From Mytilus edulis (Eukaryota): a stretch of 64,000 nt of DNA. The stretch is taken from positions 3,348,001-3,412,000 of the forward strand of contig NC_092357.1 of NCBI RefSeq assembly GCF_963676685.1, read 5' to 3'. Below, one piece after another: positions 40,125 to 52,377 of this stretch. Below the pieces are notes generated by a model, which worked only from the letters and a program-made list of their open reading frames with translations, did not search any database and was not told the origin of the DNA. Position 1 is the first letter of the stretch. Each line of letters begins with the position of its first letter. The translations under genes and the position numbers were made by a program.

Positions 40125-40894
40125 ATCAAATTATAATATTGGTACCAATGATAACTAGTTATAGTATACGTTAAGAAGTTAATAAGAAAAACATGGTGCC
40201 ACCGAAATTGTTTTCTTACTAGAAGTAAACAATGCATTTTTCTTTAACTTTCATTCATTTAAAAAGTTGTAACTTCATTGGGGGTGTGAAAGCGTTGGCC
40301 CAAGATACAATTTGTGTGCACGGTCAACGCATTTACAACCCTATGAAGGTACAAAAAAGCATGCAATACTCATAATTACCATTTTTTAGCTAGGACCATG
40401 ATAACACGATTTTTATCAAGTTTTTATATAATTTGCCTATGAACCTTATTGTGGGACCTTGTGTCATCGTGAATGATCATTTTTATTGTGAAATGAAGTT
40501 GGTTAAGGAATAACGCGAGACTGCAGCGTGACCAATCAAAAAAAACGTATTATAATGAAACATACATCTAATGTAATTATTACTGTTTGTGTTAACTCCG
40601 CTTAAATGGGTAAGTTGAAAATTGATTTAAAGAAACAGAAATATTTGGCATTTGTTGAAAAAATAAATAAATATATCACTCAAATGTTCTTACATTGGTT
40701 TCAAATCTGTCTTAAAATTCAAAACGGACTAGACCGATTACGTGCTGTGTTTTTTTATATATAATCCAAGATGGCGGTAAACTGCATGCAGTTAATCTAA
40801 AATCCATTCTCAGATGATTTCTATACAATGTTTTGAAAAGCGTGTTTTAGATGCGTTCAAGAGAAATTCAAGCTAAATACACAATCAAAAAAAG

Positions 40895-41205
40895 TTAAAA
40901 TAAATCTGATAATGTGTTGTCAACGATTTTTACATTTTTTCCAATGTTACTGAATGCACGTGCGATTTCTCGCAAGGTTGGTTTCAGATTGTGCATCCTA
41001 CAAAACTTAAATCTCCATTCTTCTAAGATCTCCCGGTTCAGTCTAACCAAATCTTTTTCATTTTGTCTGTGGCTGATCTGTTCCCAGATATTAAAGTCCA
41101 TTCCAAGCTCTATTAGGAACGGGAGAGAGTTCTTTCCTACCAATGGAGCCAATCGGTCAATGTGTTCTGCTGTAGGTACCAGATCCCACTTCTCAGGTTC
41201 CATGT
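40895..41205 (-). CDS. Roco gene last exon: second death-fold domain + stop
   Basis: catag acceptor, phase 1; DMEPEKWDLVPTAEHIDRLAPLVG...LIELGM...ILEEW...PTLREIARAF..IG matches death-domain helix pattern. Confidence 0.85.
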
Positions 41206-41564
41206 CTATGTGGTCAAAGATAGAAAAATAAAAACATATGTGCTACATGTTAAGAATTTTAGTAGAATATTTCGAACATTGATTCTTAATATAAGGGAAA
41301 CTCCATACCTACAACCATGTTACATAAAAGTTAATGGTTAAGCTAGTTATAGAACCTGGTTTTATCAACCATTTCCGACATAAAAAAATGCTGTTACTAA
41401 GTCAGAATTATGGCAGTTCCTATCCATTCGTTTGATGTGTTAACGCTTTTAATATTTTCATTTAATTAGGGACTTTTCGTTTTAAATCTTCCTCTAAGTT
41501 CAGTATTTTTGTGTTCTTTCTGTTTATTACACTTATAGGAGAATGCTGTATTCACATTACTTAC

Positions 41565-41592
41565 CAAAACAAATAGGCTTGCCTTTCAAAAG
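41565..41592 (-). CDS. Roco microexon (28 nt, LLKGKPICF)
   Basis: ttattattccag|...TTTG|gtaagt; phase 0->1 bridges the neighbouring exons exactly. Confidence 0.85.
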
Positions 41593-42311
41593 CTGGAATA
41601 ATAAAAAAGATACCTTTTACACAACTTTCATTATATAATTAAACACATTTTTGATGTACAAAACAGTAAAAGTGCATGTGATATAAGCATGCTTAGTACT
41701 AATTAAAAAACATTAAAGTCAGAATTGAGACAAACACATTCTTGTAATTACTTTTATGTGTATGTATACATAATGTGTATGCTGTCTATTAGCAAGATGT
41801 GTTTCAAATTATACTTTAGTTCTGGCAATTTACATATCAAATTATACTTGTTTGTCTAAAAGGTGTAATTGTGTTTTTTTTTCTATTCACGGGGAAAAAG
41901 TTATATAAGATTTTTTTTCAAAAGAATATTTATGTTTCTGCTTGTTTTCTCTGAAACATTTTGCTTTAGAAAAACCTTTTTATCACAAATGCATCTATGC
42001 AGATTTATCAATCACGTATGAGAGCTGTTCTCATTATATTTAGATGATTACTTATGACTTATTTGAAAGCCTCAATATGAATTTAATAGGATGCATACTA
42101 GTATAATCTTAAACTTACATTAATATTTATCATATTAAACTCGGTACCGTCAGTATGCGTAATATATGCGATATAAGAATTTCTTCTGGATTTTTTCGTC
42201 ATAGGTAAATATATCAGGCTAAAATTGTTATAAAATATATCACTTAAAACAAAGTGCACTGATTTGACAAACACTGTTTCTATATGTTGAGATTCATTAT
42301 AAAAGATGTAC

Positions 42312-42580
42312 CTTGCAAAGTATGTGGATACTTGTTTTTCCTATTATCTGTAACGCCGCTTTGACGTCTTCAAATGTCACCACCATGCTATCTCGACATT
42401 GTCTTAAAATTTCAAAGCATGCAGTCTTTGGATCTTCAGTTTCCAATATGGTTTCAACTTCCCTGTCCGACAATCCCATATGTAATGCCATCTCTTTAGC
42501 TTCAAATGGACTGTACAATAAGGACAGACGACGGAAGTCAAGGTCTGATGGTGTCGCTCTCATGAAGTCTTCTTTAGTAA
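42312..42580 (-). CDS. Roco exon: first death-fold domain
   Basis: gatacag| phase 1 ... AAG|gtacat phase 0; PSDLDFRRLS...EMALHMGLSDREVETI...CFEILRQC...TFEDVKAALQIIG. Confidence 0.85.
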
Positions 42581-43579
42581 CTGTATCGAAAAAACTTCAT
42601 ATTTATAAAAACAAACATGGTTTTATTAACACAAAATAGCCCTTGAATTATTAGAAGAGATGCATGTCACCAAAAACACCAAAAGGATACACAGACACCT
42701 ACTACTGTGATATAAATAGTATTATTCCGAAACTGAACATAATGTATAAAAACAACATTAAACAGGGAAAACTTATACATAATGTTACCACATAATTGCT
42801 TTCAAACTTAAACTAAAATTGTATATATCATATTCTTTAAATTCATCTTTTCCAGTGAGAAGTTAATCCCTATCAGATTGAAAGACGGCTAATTTAATGT
42901 CAGTGTCCATTGATCTCTTATGGGGAGTTCTCTCATTGCCAAACACATCACATCGTTTGTTTATATATTACCAACTATATTTGCACCTGTTCCAAGTCAG
43001 AAGCCCCAGGTATTTGTTAGATAGCACTTGATGAGTTACAGCCTCCTTCACGTCACATGACTTACCTTCATTTTGAATATTTAACTCAAACTTTGTTGGC
43101 CAAGGGCATCTTAGTGTCCGAACATTTGATAAGCTATATGACCAGTAATGTTACGCATAAACCAAGCATTAACAAAATAAGGTTACATTTGCTTACAGGA
43201 GTTGAAAGCAAAGTTTATTCAAACTTTATCATTGCTTCTAATACGAAAGTATGACATTTTTTTCATTTAATGGCGTCAATACTGATGCAGAAGTTACTTA
43301 GAAAATGCAAGTCGGACTCTTCGACATTAAAGATGTTCTTTATCTTGTCACCAGAAAACAAATTGTTTGCTATCATACAAATGTTGTAGTATTTGAATAA
43401 AAATTATGTCCATCAATAAATGCAATAGTCATATCAAACTAACTTTTTTGGATTACAACTATAAAAATGTAAATAGTTGAGAGGTTCTTAATGTGCGTAA
43501 ATCAATTGTACTGAAAAAAGTTATGACATCAAACTAGAAAACAAGTTATCCAACAATCTAAATAAAACATGTACAATAC

Positions 43580-43610
43580 CTGTGCACCCTGGTTTACACT
43601 TCACTCCATC
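43580..43610 (-). CDS. Roco microexon (31 nt, DGVKCKPGCT)
   Basis: ttttcttctcag|...CAG|gtattg; phase 0->1. Confidence 0.85.
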
Positions 43611-44196
43611 CTGAGAAGAAAATGAAATTAAGTTGTATTGCAAGATAACTATTTTTTACATCATTTCGGTACATACGTATAAACATATATACAGAAAACT
43701 ATTCTTTTTACACTCAAACGGATGGGAATAAAATAAAATAACGATCGTCAAATTAAAAAAAACTTGTTTGGTATTAGCATATATCAGTATATAGACCGTT
43801 TGAAATTAAGAATTAATCCTTTCCGTATTTTAATTCATTTTTGGGGAAAACATATTAAACTTTTCATTTTTAAATTTGTATCTATTTAACAGGCATGACA
43901 GATAAAGTCAAACTTAAAGAAAACCATGTCTAGCATTTCAGCCAAACAAATGTGTTTACATTGATCATCGTCATTATCATTAAGTTAGTGTTTCCTTTTG
44001 GTTAGCTGACAAACATATCATTGTTTGTCTGGCAAGACAGTTTCACTCGGAGTGTAATGTTTAATATTATATAATTCTCAACAATAAGCAAGTTTGTCGG
44101 TGTAAAATTTAAATGTCTTATAGAACTATGAGTGTATTTATATAAGTGTGTTGCCTGTAGTTCACACTAATCGAAACTTTGAATAACATGTACTAC

Positions 44197-45441
44197 CTTT
44201 TCTGCAATCCATGACATGATTGTGTGTATGCTATGTTCAATGCCATGCGAAGGACATATCCACACTTGGTCTGTGTCAGTAAGATCGTTAACTTGCAGGA
44301 AGCATGGGTTAGCTGGTGAGTTACAACATATTCTTGTCACAAAAGATGTATCATTGATTTGAGTCTGATCGCTACTAGTTCTAATATACAGATCACTTAT
44401 TTTCTCTAAGGCTGATGTTAGACATTCACAGATGCTGGAAGCTACATCTCTCGCTATAAGGGTGTTTGAAGTGGTATGAACAAGACGAGAAATGATTATC
44501 TCATCTTCACAGGCAATATACATATCCAAACATGGATCAATGGTGAACACTCCCGACCTATGGAACAACATGTCCTTGTTGGACTGCCCGTATGTTTTCA
44601 CTGCCCAGACATAAAGGCAGTAGCTTATAAATCTGAAGGATAATGCAGGAGGTATCATAAATGATGATGTTTGAAAAGCTAGGGCAATACTCCTGTGCGT
44701 GAAGCCAGCTGACTGCAGGTATCCAGAATCATCTTTAGCTCGTACCATACTAGCAACATAGTAAAAATCAGCAGGGATACGCATTCGGTTAGAATTGTAT
44801 CTCATCGGTTCAACCAATATATCCAGATGGGTCATAACATTTAATAGATAATCTTTGTCTTGGTAAAATTTTACATATTTCTTTCCCTTCCAAACGCTTT
44901 CTATTGCTTGTTTTGATACCACCCCTGTCTTGCCCATTGCATCCCATATTTCTTCTCTTTTCTTGTCGCCTTTACAAAATTGCCTATCTGTAACAATTGA
45001 TTTAAATGCTTCGATCAGAAGAGTGGGAGACAGAATAATTCGGTCGTCCAATTTATGTTCATCGAAGTATAATAACTTGCCAATTGAATGTTGAAATTTC
45101 AGAAACACCTTCAACTCAACTTCTGACAACGGTCTAATAGGTTGCAATGAGTTTATTTTCTCTAGATGCTCTAGTGTAATAAGTTGGATGTTGCGTTTGA
45201 TCAACGATGCAAATTCTAACTCTAACGGGATAAAGCATTTTGGAAGGGGTTTACCCCATGTTGGTTGCCTCTCTGATTCCCTGACGATAGCGTCCTTTAT
45301 CTTCGCCATTTCAGGGTCATGTTTGTCTTTAGCATTTACAAATATTTTATCACTGATAACCAGTTGTTGCATTAATGGATCTTCGTGGAACATCTTGTAG
45401 ATTTCTTCAAATATGTCATTTCGTCTTTTTTCAACTTCATT
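44197..45441 (-). CDS. Roco exon: end of ROC (G5-like FVNAK) and COR domain
   Basis: 1245-nt phase 0-0 exon; WGKPLPKCFIPLE, FLKFQHSIGKLLYF, IILSP..LIEAFKSIVT are COR-A hallmarks. Confidence 0.92.
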
Positions 45442-46491
45442 CTAAGCATACAATACAATATGTTCTAACCTTTATTTATAACTTTATTATCATAAAACTA
45501 TTCATTGAAGGTATGTATGTTTCGTATATATATAAAAGTTCCATTATAGCAAAATTATAAAGTTATATTTTGATTTAAACGTTATGCTTTTTTAAAGGAC
45601 ACCTACATGGCAAAGCCTTACATTGACAATTTGCAATACGATAAGTAATGTAAAAAAAACATGTATCCTGCAATTGTGTGTCTCCTTGTACTTTAACAAC
45701 CAAACAGATATCGCTTGCTTGTATATGTATACTTTACAGATACCGCTTAAAATGTCCGTCAACTGCCCGACTAGCTTGTGTATTGTTGTTGAGTGTTGTA
45801 TTAACCTCTATAGCCTCAGAATATGTGCATTACAGTTGCATTCAATGACGTATTGCTTCCCCCTCTTGTGTTAGTGTAACTCTAAATCAATTTACGTTTT
45901 GTTTGTTTTTCTAGCAGATCAGTTATTCGAATTTTCTGACAAACATGAGCAGCAGAACTCAATGATCTACGGCGCCAATCTAAACTTGGATATGTATATG
46001 TAATTAACCATAAAACAATGACAATACATCATGTGCTAGTTATGTTACGTTAGCTCATAGCTCTGAAGTGAAGGACAAGTAATATACTTTTGTTTTTAAT
46101 ATTATTTGTTTTTGTTGTTGAAATTATTTGTTACGTTAAAATAAATAATTATTAACTTTAGCGCGTAATATTTTTGCACATTCAAGATTTTTTTTCTGTG
46201 TACTACGAAAATAAATTCTATAAAAACGTGGGTTTTTGTTTTTGTTTCTAAGCAAACACATGGAAAACAGTAATAGCAGGATAAAGACAATATCTGTTTA
46301 GTACTTTGGTTTGTTTACTGAAATCGCGTTACTTCTGTTTCTTAGCCTCGTACAATTACAGGTGATATTTAAAGACCCTAAACAGTTATTGTCTTTTGAT
46401 TCTTCCTATTTTTATTAGGTTAATAAACATTATCAAAGAGTCCATCGTTTCAATCGTAAGGAATCGTCTACATCATTCTTACAGCGTTTAC

Positions 46492-46589
46492 CTGATCTTT
46501 GTGCGTTAAAACAATCAGAATTTTAGGAAATCCCTGGAAACTTCCTTTACAGTATGTTACAATGGTGTTGACCCAGAATAGGAGATAAT
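46492..46589 (-). CDS. Roco exon: ROC G4 region (DYLLFWVNTI...PKILIVLTHKDQ)
   Basis: ttacag| phase 1; CAG|gtaaac (alternative in-frame donor 46483 GCT|gtaaga); THKD = G4; absent from ORF track. Confidence 0.9.
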
Positions 46590-46909
46590 CTGTAATGTTT
46601 AAAAACAAATAAACCCGAAAATACACAAGGAGAAAAGTATTTAAGTCATTTGAATGTAAACGTTCTCAGAAATATACTTTGAATTATTTTATTTATTATT
46701 ATTACTTTTACTGTTTAGTCTGTTTTTTGTTATATCTATTTTACGTGACTCTGCATTTATGTATGCCGTCATACTTCGAACGACAAAATTATTTTATGTT
46801 TACCTGTGGGAATTTCAACCGCGCAATTTTACACCAGTACTGAAAACCTTCCATCCTTTACGGGTAGATTTTACATAGATAAATAAAGCCGTATAAGATA
46901 AGCAAAATG

Positions 46910-47292
46910 AGAATGTTAAATTTAATGTATGCCTTTTTGTGCTTCTTCGTTACATTTGTTGTTTTTATAGTGATTAAGATAATAACACAATATTGACTGC
47001 TGTACCTCTATTTTTGACATTTTAACTCTTTGAGTATGTTTGTTTTGTTCATGCATCGTTGACAATGTAATGGAATTTGATGCGACTGTCATACAAGTGA
47101 GAGGTTTAGCTATCTATACAACCAGGTTCAACCCACCATTTTCTACATTAGAAAATGCCTGTACCAAGTCAGGAATATGACAGTTGTTATCCATTCGTTT
47201 GATGCGTTTGGACTTTTGAGTTTGCCTTTTGATTTTGGACTTTCCTTTTTGAATTTTCCTCGGAGTTCAGTATTTTTGTGTTTTTACTTTTT
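46910..47292 (+). repeat. Interspersed repeat, near-identical to 57682-57958
   Basis: Shared actctttgagtatgtttgttttgttcatgcatcgttgacaatgtaatggaatttgatgcgactgtc...gttttt. Confidence 0.85.
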
Positions 47293-49086
47293 AATACTAT
47301 TGTTATGATACCACTTTTGATTTTCCCCTAAAAGTCTTTTTAAATTTGCACTTTTGAAAAAAATTGTGCAAACTTTTGTCCTTGATTCAAATACAAAAAT
47401 ACTTGGCATGAGCAACGTTACATGAGAAAATATCTGAAAAAGTCAAATTTCCATGTTCCATTTTTCACCAGCATTTTCTGTTTTATTAAGGCACCTTTAT
47501 AAAAAATTTAAGTTTCAGTATTAACTAAAGTATATAATGCACCAACTATTGCCAATTAAACACTATTTCTTATATTTCTTCTAATAAGTTTTTTATAATT
47601 TAAATGTTCAACCCCCAAGCGTCCTTCATCCCCAAACAAACGCATGTTGTCCGGTGTTGTTTTCTGACAACTTAATCATTCAAAAAATGTCTAAGTTAAG
47701 TAAACAGGCTTTCGATTGTTTCACAAATATGACATATAATATAGAAAATTTGTCCCTTACTGGTCTGATTTTATAATAACTAATGCATGTGATAAAATTT
47801 TGCTATGTAAGGGTCTTGTAAATTGTGTCACAAAGGGGTACTTTTCCTCCTGTCACTACTTTTTTTTCACCTGTGGGTACGTTTGAAAGAACAGCAATTG
47901 ATTTCTTCATATGTATAGGTGAAAGGCAGCCTGATAAAAAGTAACATCACAGCCTTACTCAGCAACAGGAAGGAAGTTTAAGTCAATTTCAGTGATGAAT
48001 CACAAAGTTAATCTACTATACGCCAACCATTTCATTCAATATAAATTATGATCATCATATTAAAAAAATCTCAACATAATATGCACTATATTGAATTAAA
48101 AGACAGGTATTTTTTACTTGAGAATTGTTTATTAACTAGGCAGATTTGTCGTTTTGCAAATACAGTTTAAAAAGATAAATGACATTACTTCCTGATATCT
48201 TCCAAATGTGACCAATTTGAAATGTTGTATTTAACTACATAAAGCAATTGTTTTGAAAAATAATTCCTTCCTATTACCAACTCTGTCCTGTTATTTGTCC
48301 TGTTACACAGCATGCTTCCATGTTACCGACATATCGGACTACATTTTAGTATATTGCTTAACCTTCTGTATTGAAAATGTTAAAATAAATAATTGGCATT
48401 TGAAATAATATAGTAGGATTTACTAGATATAGTATCTTTAACTTATTATTTATTCCCATTATAAACTATCTTAAATTGATTCACTGTGGTAACAGGAAAG
48501 AGCTGGAATTTGTTTGTACATTTTTTAAGATTGCAATTATTATCAAATTGAACAATTGTTTGAATTACAGAAAAATATTCACATATCATCGATGTACGTT
48601 CTTCCATTTGTGCTATTAAAATAACGATTCTAAAGACATTTCTTGATGTTTTTTCCTATTGCCAGAAATTAAACATTTTCAGATATTGATTCATATCCCG
48701 TTCAGTACTACAGACAGAAATAACATATCATTACACATTTTCTCTTTTTTATTTGTATAGAAGGTCAAGTAACCATTTTACCTCAAATTTGCAAAATACA
48801 AAATAATGGTGCGTTGAATTTCCTAAGATGTTTGTTTATGACCCAGAATTATCCTACTGCAATGAAATGTCATTATCATGAGCATATTTTTTCAACCCTT
48901 ATTTCTATGCAACTTTGATTTGGTGATATCAAAAATTACTTGACTGCTAATCTCAACAACAATTGCCAAATTGTGTTGATGTTTAATTTAATAAGGCCTT
49001 TTTAAACATAAAAAAAAAAATATAGATATATAGGTTAAAATTGTTTCGTAACACGGTCTTTAAAACTAATGTCAGTTTAGTAATAC

Positions 49087-51569
49087 CTCTTGAGGTTTTA
49101 TGTCCACTTTTTCCTGGGAGGTATTGTTCATAAAGACATGGATCATCAAGTTTTCTACTTCCATCCAATACAATTATGTAAATAGCTCTGTACGTTAAAA
49201 ATGTTTGATGAGTTGAATAGAAAACATCCTGGCCACCAAAATCCCAGATAATTATAGGTACTTTCTTTCTGATGTGAAGCTTCTTTTTACCAACTTTAGA
49301 AGACTTCTCTAAGAAGCTTTCCTTTGTGATTGACACTTTAACTTCTTTGACTCGTTTAGTAATGCCAAACACACGTTTCAGACGTGCTATAATTCCAGGT
49401 TTAGTAACAGTTTTAATATGCAAATCACCAGTGAAACCTGACTTCAGAGAAGCATCAAGAGAATCTTCCATTGGTTTGTATTCATCAAACGAAGGTTCAT
49501 GTATTTGTCTGAATTTTGTAACATCTGAAGTTTGGTTTTCAGTTGCATAATCTAGGACGACTAGATCGTTCCTTGTGTCTGAACTTTCCCCATCAAATTC
49601 AGATATAACTGATTGCCTTTCTAAACTACGGAGTACGCCTTGTACATCTGACTCATATGTGTCATCGTTGTCTACTCTTTCTAATTTCTGTCCTGCAACA
49701 TGACCTGGTTGTTTCTTTTCCATACTAATTGCCAAACTATTAGCACAACCAGGTACGGTTTGAAACTGAGGTTCGGGCAGTGTTTTGGATTTCACAGCTT
49801 CTGTCATTAAGCATTCAGTGGATAACGTTGCATCGCACGATTTTGATTCATTCGATTTATGCTTCAGCCATTCTTCGTTGGCGGACATTGATGCCTCCTC
49901 TGTAACATCTGATATATTTGGACTGGTTGGTGTAGTATCTGCTGAAGGAACATTTGATGTTGTGTTGTTGTATCTGCTGAAGGAACATTTTGATGTTGTG
50001 TTGTTGTGTCTGCTGAAGGAACATTTTGATGTTGTGTTGTTGTGTCTGCTGAAGGAACATTTTGATGTTGTGTTGTTGTGTCTGCTGAAGGAACATTTTG
50101 ATGTTGTGTTGTTGTGTCTGCTGAAGGAACATTTTGATGTTGTGTTGTAGTATCTGCTGAAGGAACATTTTGATGTTGTGTTGTAGTATCTGCTGAAGGA
50201 ACATTTTGATGTTGTGTTGTAGTATCTGCTGAAGGAACATTTTGATGTTGTGTTGTTGTGTCTGCTGAAGGAACATTTTGATGTTGTGTTGTTGTGTCTA
50301 CTGAAGGAACATTTTGATGTTGTGTTGTTGTATCTGCTGAAGGAACATTTTGATGTTGTGTTGTTGTGTCTGCTGAAGGAACATTTTGATGTTGTGTTGT
50401 TGTGTCTGCTGAAGGAACATTTTGATGTTGTGTTGTTGTGTCTGCTGAGGGAACATTTTGATGTTGTGTTGTAGTATCTGCTGAAGGAACATTTTGATGT
50501 TGTGTTGTAGTATCTGCTGAAGGAACATTTTGATGTTGTGTTGTAGTATCTGCTGAAGGAACATTTTGATGTTGTGTTGTTGTGTCTGCTGAAGGAACAT
50601 TTTGATGTTGTGTTGTTGTGTCTGCTGAAGGAACATTTTGATGTTGTGTTGTTGTGTTTGCTGAAGGAACATTTTGATGTTGTGTTGTTGTGTCTACTGA
50701 AGGAACATTTTGATGTTGTGTTGTTGTGTCTGCTGAAGGAACATTTTGATGTTGTGTTGTTGTGTCTGCTGAAGGAACATTTTGATGTTGTGTTGTAGTA
50801 TCTGCTGAAGGAACATTTTGATGTTGTGTTGTTGTGTCTGCTGAAGGAACATTTTGATGTTGTGTTGTTGTGTCTGCTGAAGGAACATTTTGATGTTGTG
50901 TTGTTGTGTCTGCTGAAGGAACAGTTTGATGTTGTGTTGTTGTGTCTGATGAAGGAACATTTTGATGTTGTGTTGTTGTGTCTGCTGAAGGAACATTTTG
51001 ATGTTGTGTTGTAGTATATGCTGAAGGAACATTTTGATGTTGTGTTGTAGTATCTGCTGAAGGAACATTTTGATGTTGTGTTGTAGTATCTGCTGAAGGA
51101 ACATTTTGATGTTGTGTTGTTGTGTCTGATGAAGAAACATTTTGATGTTGTGTTGTTGTGTCTGCTGAAGGAACATTTGGATGTTGTGTTGTTGTGTCTG
51201 CTGAAGGAACAGTTTGATGTTGTGTTGTTGTGTCTGCTGAAGGAACAGTTTGATGTTGTGTTGTTGTGTCTGATGAAGGAACATTTTGATGTTGTGTTGT
51301 TGTGTCTGCTGAAGGAACATTTTGATGTTGTGTTGTAGTATCTGCTGAAGGAACATTTTGATGTTGTGTTGTAGTATCTGCTGAAGGAACATTTTGATGT
51401 TGTGTTGTAGTATCTGCTGAAGGAACATTTTGATGTTGTGTTGTTGTGTCTGATGAAGGAACATTTTGATGTTGTGTTGTTGTGTCTGCTGAAGGAACAT
51501 TTGGATGTTGTGTTGTTGTGTCTGCTCGTAAAAGGGATCTGCAAACTGTGATTTCTTCCAGGGAAAAAT
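49087..51569 (-). CDS. Roco giant exon: intra-ROC insertion (36-bp repeat + low-complexity region) then G3 WDFGGQ; contains -1 frameshift at 49953-49955
   Basis: cttatatag| phase 1 gives DFSLEEITVCRSLLRADTTTQHPNVPS...; exits ...IIIWDFGGQDVFYSTHQTFLTYRAIYIIVLD...TSR G|gtatta. Confidence 0.88.
49936..51527 (-). repeat. Coding 36-bp minisatellite, ~44 copies, encoding ADTTTQHQNVPS
   Basis: Unit GCAGACACAACAACACAACATCAAAATGTTCCTTCA; commonest variants GAC/GAT, ACA/ACT, CCT/CCC are synonymous only in this frame. Confidence 0.95.
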
Positions 51570-52377
51570 CTATATAAGAAATAAACTAAAACTATTGATT
51601 AGATGTTTTGGCAAATTCCAATATAAAAGTACAATTTTTTACAAAACAAAAATGCAAAACTTTATCTTGTTATCTATGATGAGTTTCTTTGTTATTCATA
51701 TGTAAGTATTTTCTTACTTGTTAAAATGTTTTTGTTTATTTTAAACTTGTTAATTGATTTTTTAGCTTCTGTAAAATAAAGTGTTGTAGTATTGAAAAGT
51801 CATCATTAGCCTAAGGAGAGACATGTGATACAATTATATATCCATGTCCTTGATAACATATATTGTACATATAATCACAATTTAAAAACGTACATATATA
51901 TTGGATAATAACTCTTACATTTAAGTAATACTTTTCTTTATAAACCCTGAAATATATTATGTCGTCAATATTGTGATTTTTGTCAACTTTAAATTGAAAG
52001 GTGAAAGACGAATTATGGTTTGTTTTTATTGCAATTACCAATTGGGTATAGCTGAAGTGGAATATATATGATGGAATATAAATCAGACATGTGGAAATGT
52101 GTCTAATTAGCACAAACTAAATTAAAAGTTGGACAAATACGTTGTACAAAATAAACAAATGTTGGTATGTATTTGGACTGGACAAATAAAATGCAGTGAT
52201 TTTTAGGACTTATATTTTGTTTACAATTTGATAAACAATTCTATTGAAACTTTAATAGTTTTTAACTGAAACTTTATTTCAACCTGATTTTAACTTCCGT
52301 AAACTGCACACTGTAATACATGAAAGTCTGGAAAATATGAAAGAGGATAACTTCGGATTTCAAATGTATGGCTTTGA

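Noticed and set aside
40914-45400. Plus-strand ORFs 40914, 42313, 45188 (also 49326 and 49785)
   Set aside because: Antisense shadows of Roco exons
33182-51527. Common origin of the 48/32-bp array and the Roco 36-bp repeat
   Set aside because: Only short shared words (aggaa.a.t, gttgtgtc); compatible with chance
48983-51544. 853-aa ORF with SRHNNTTSKCSF repeats as a stand-alone protein
   Set aside because: TTG start, incompatible with the upstream splice phase; chimeric frame created by the 1-nt deletion; the tail after 49087 is intron
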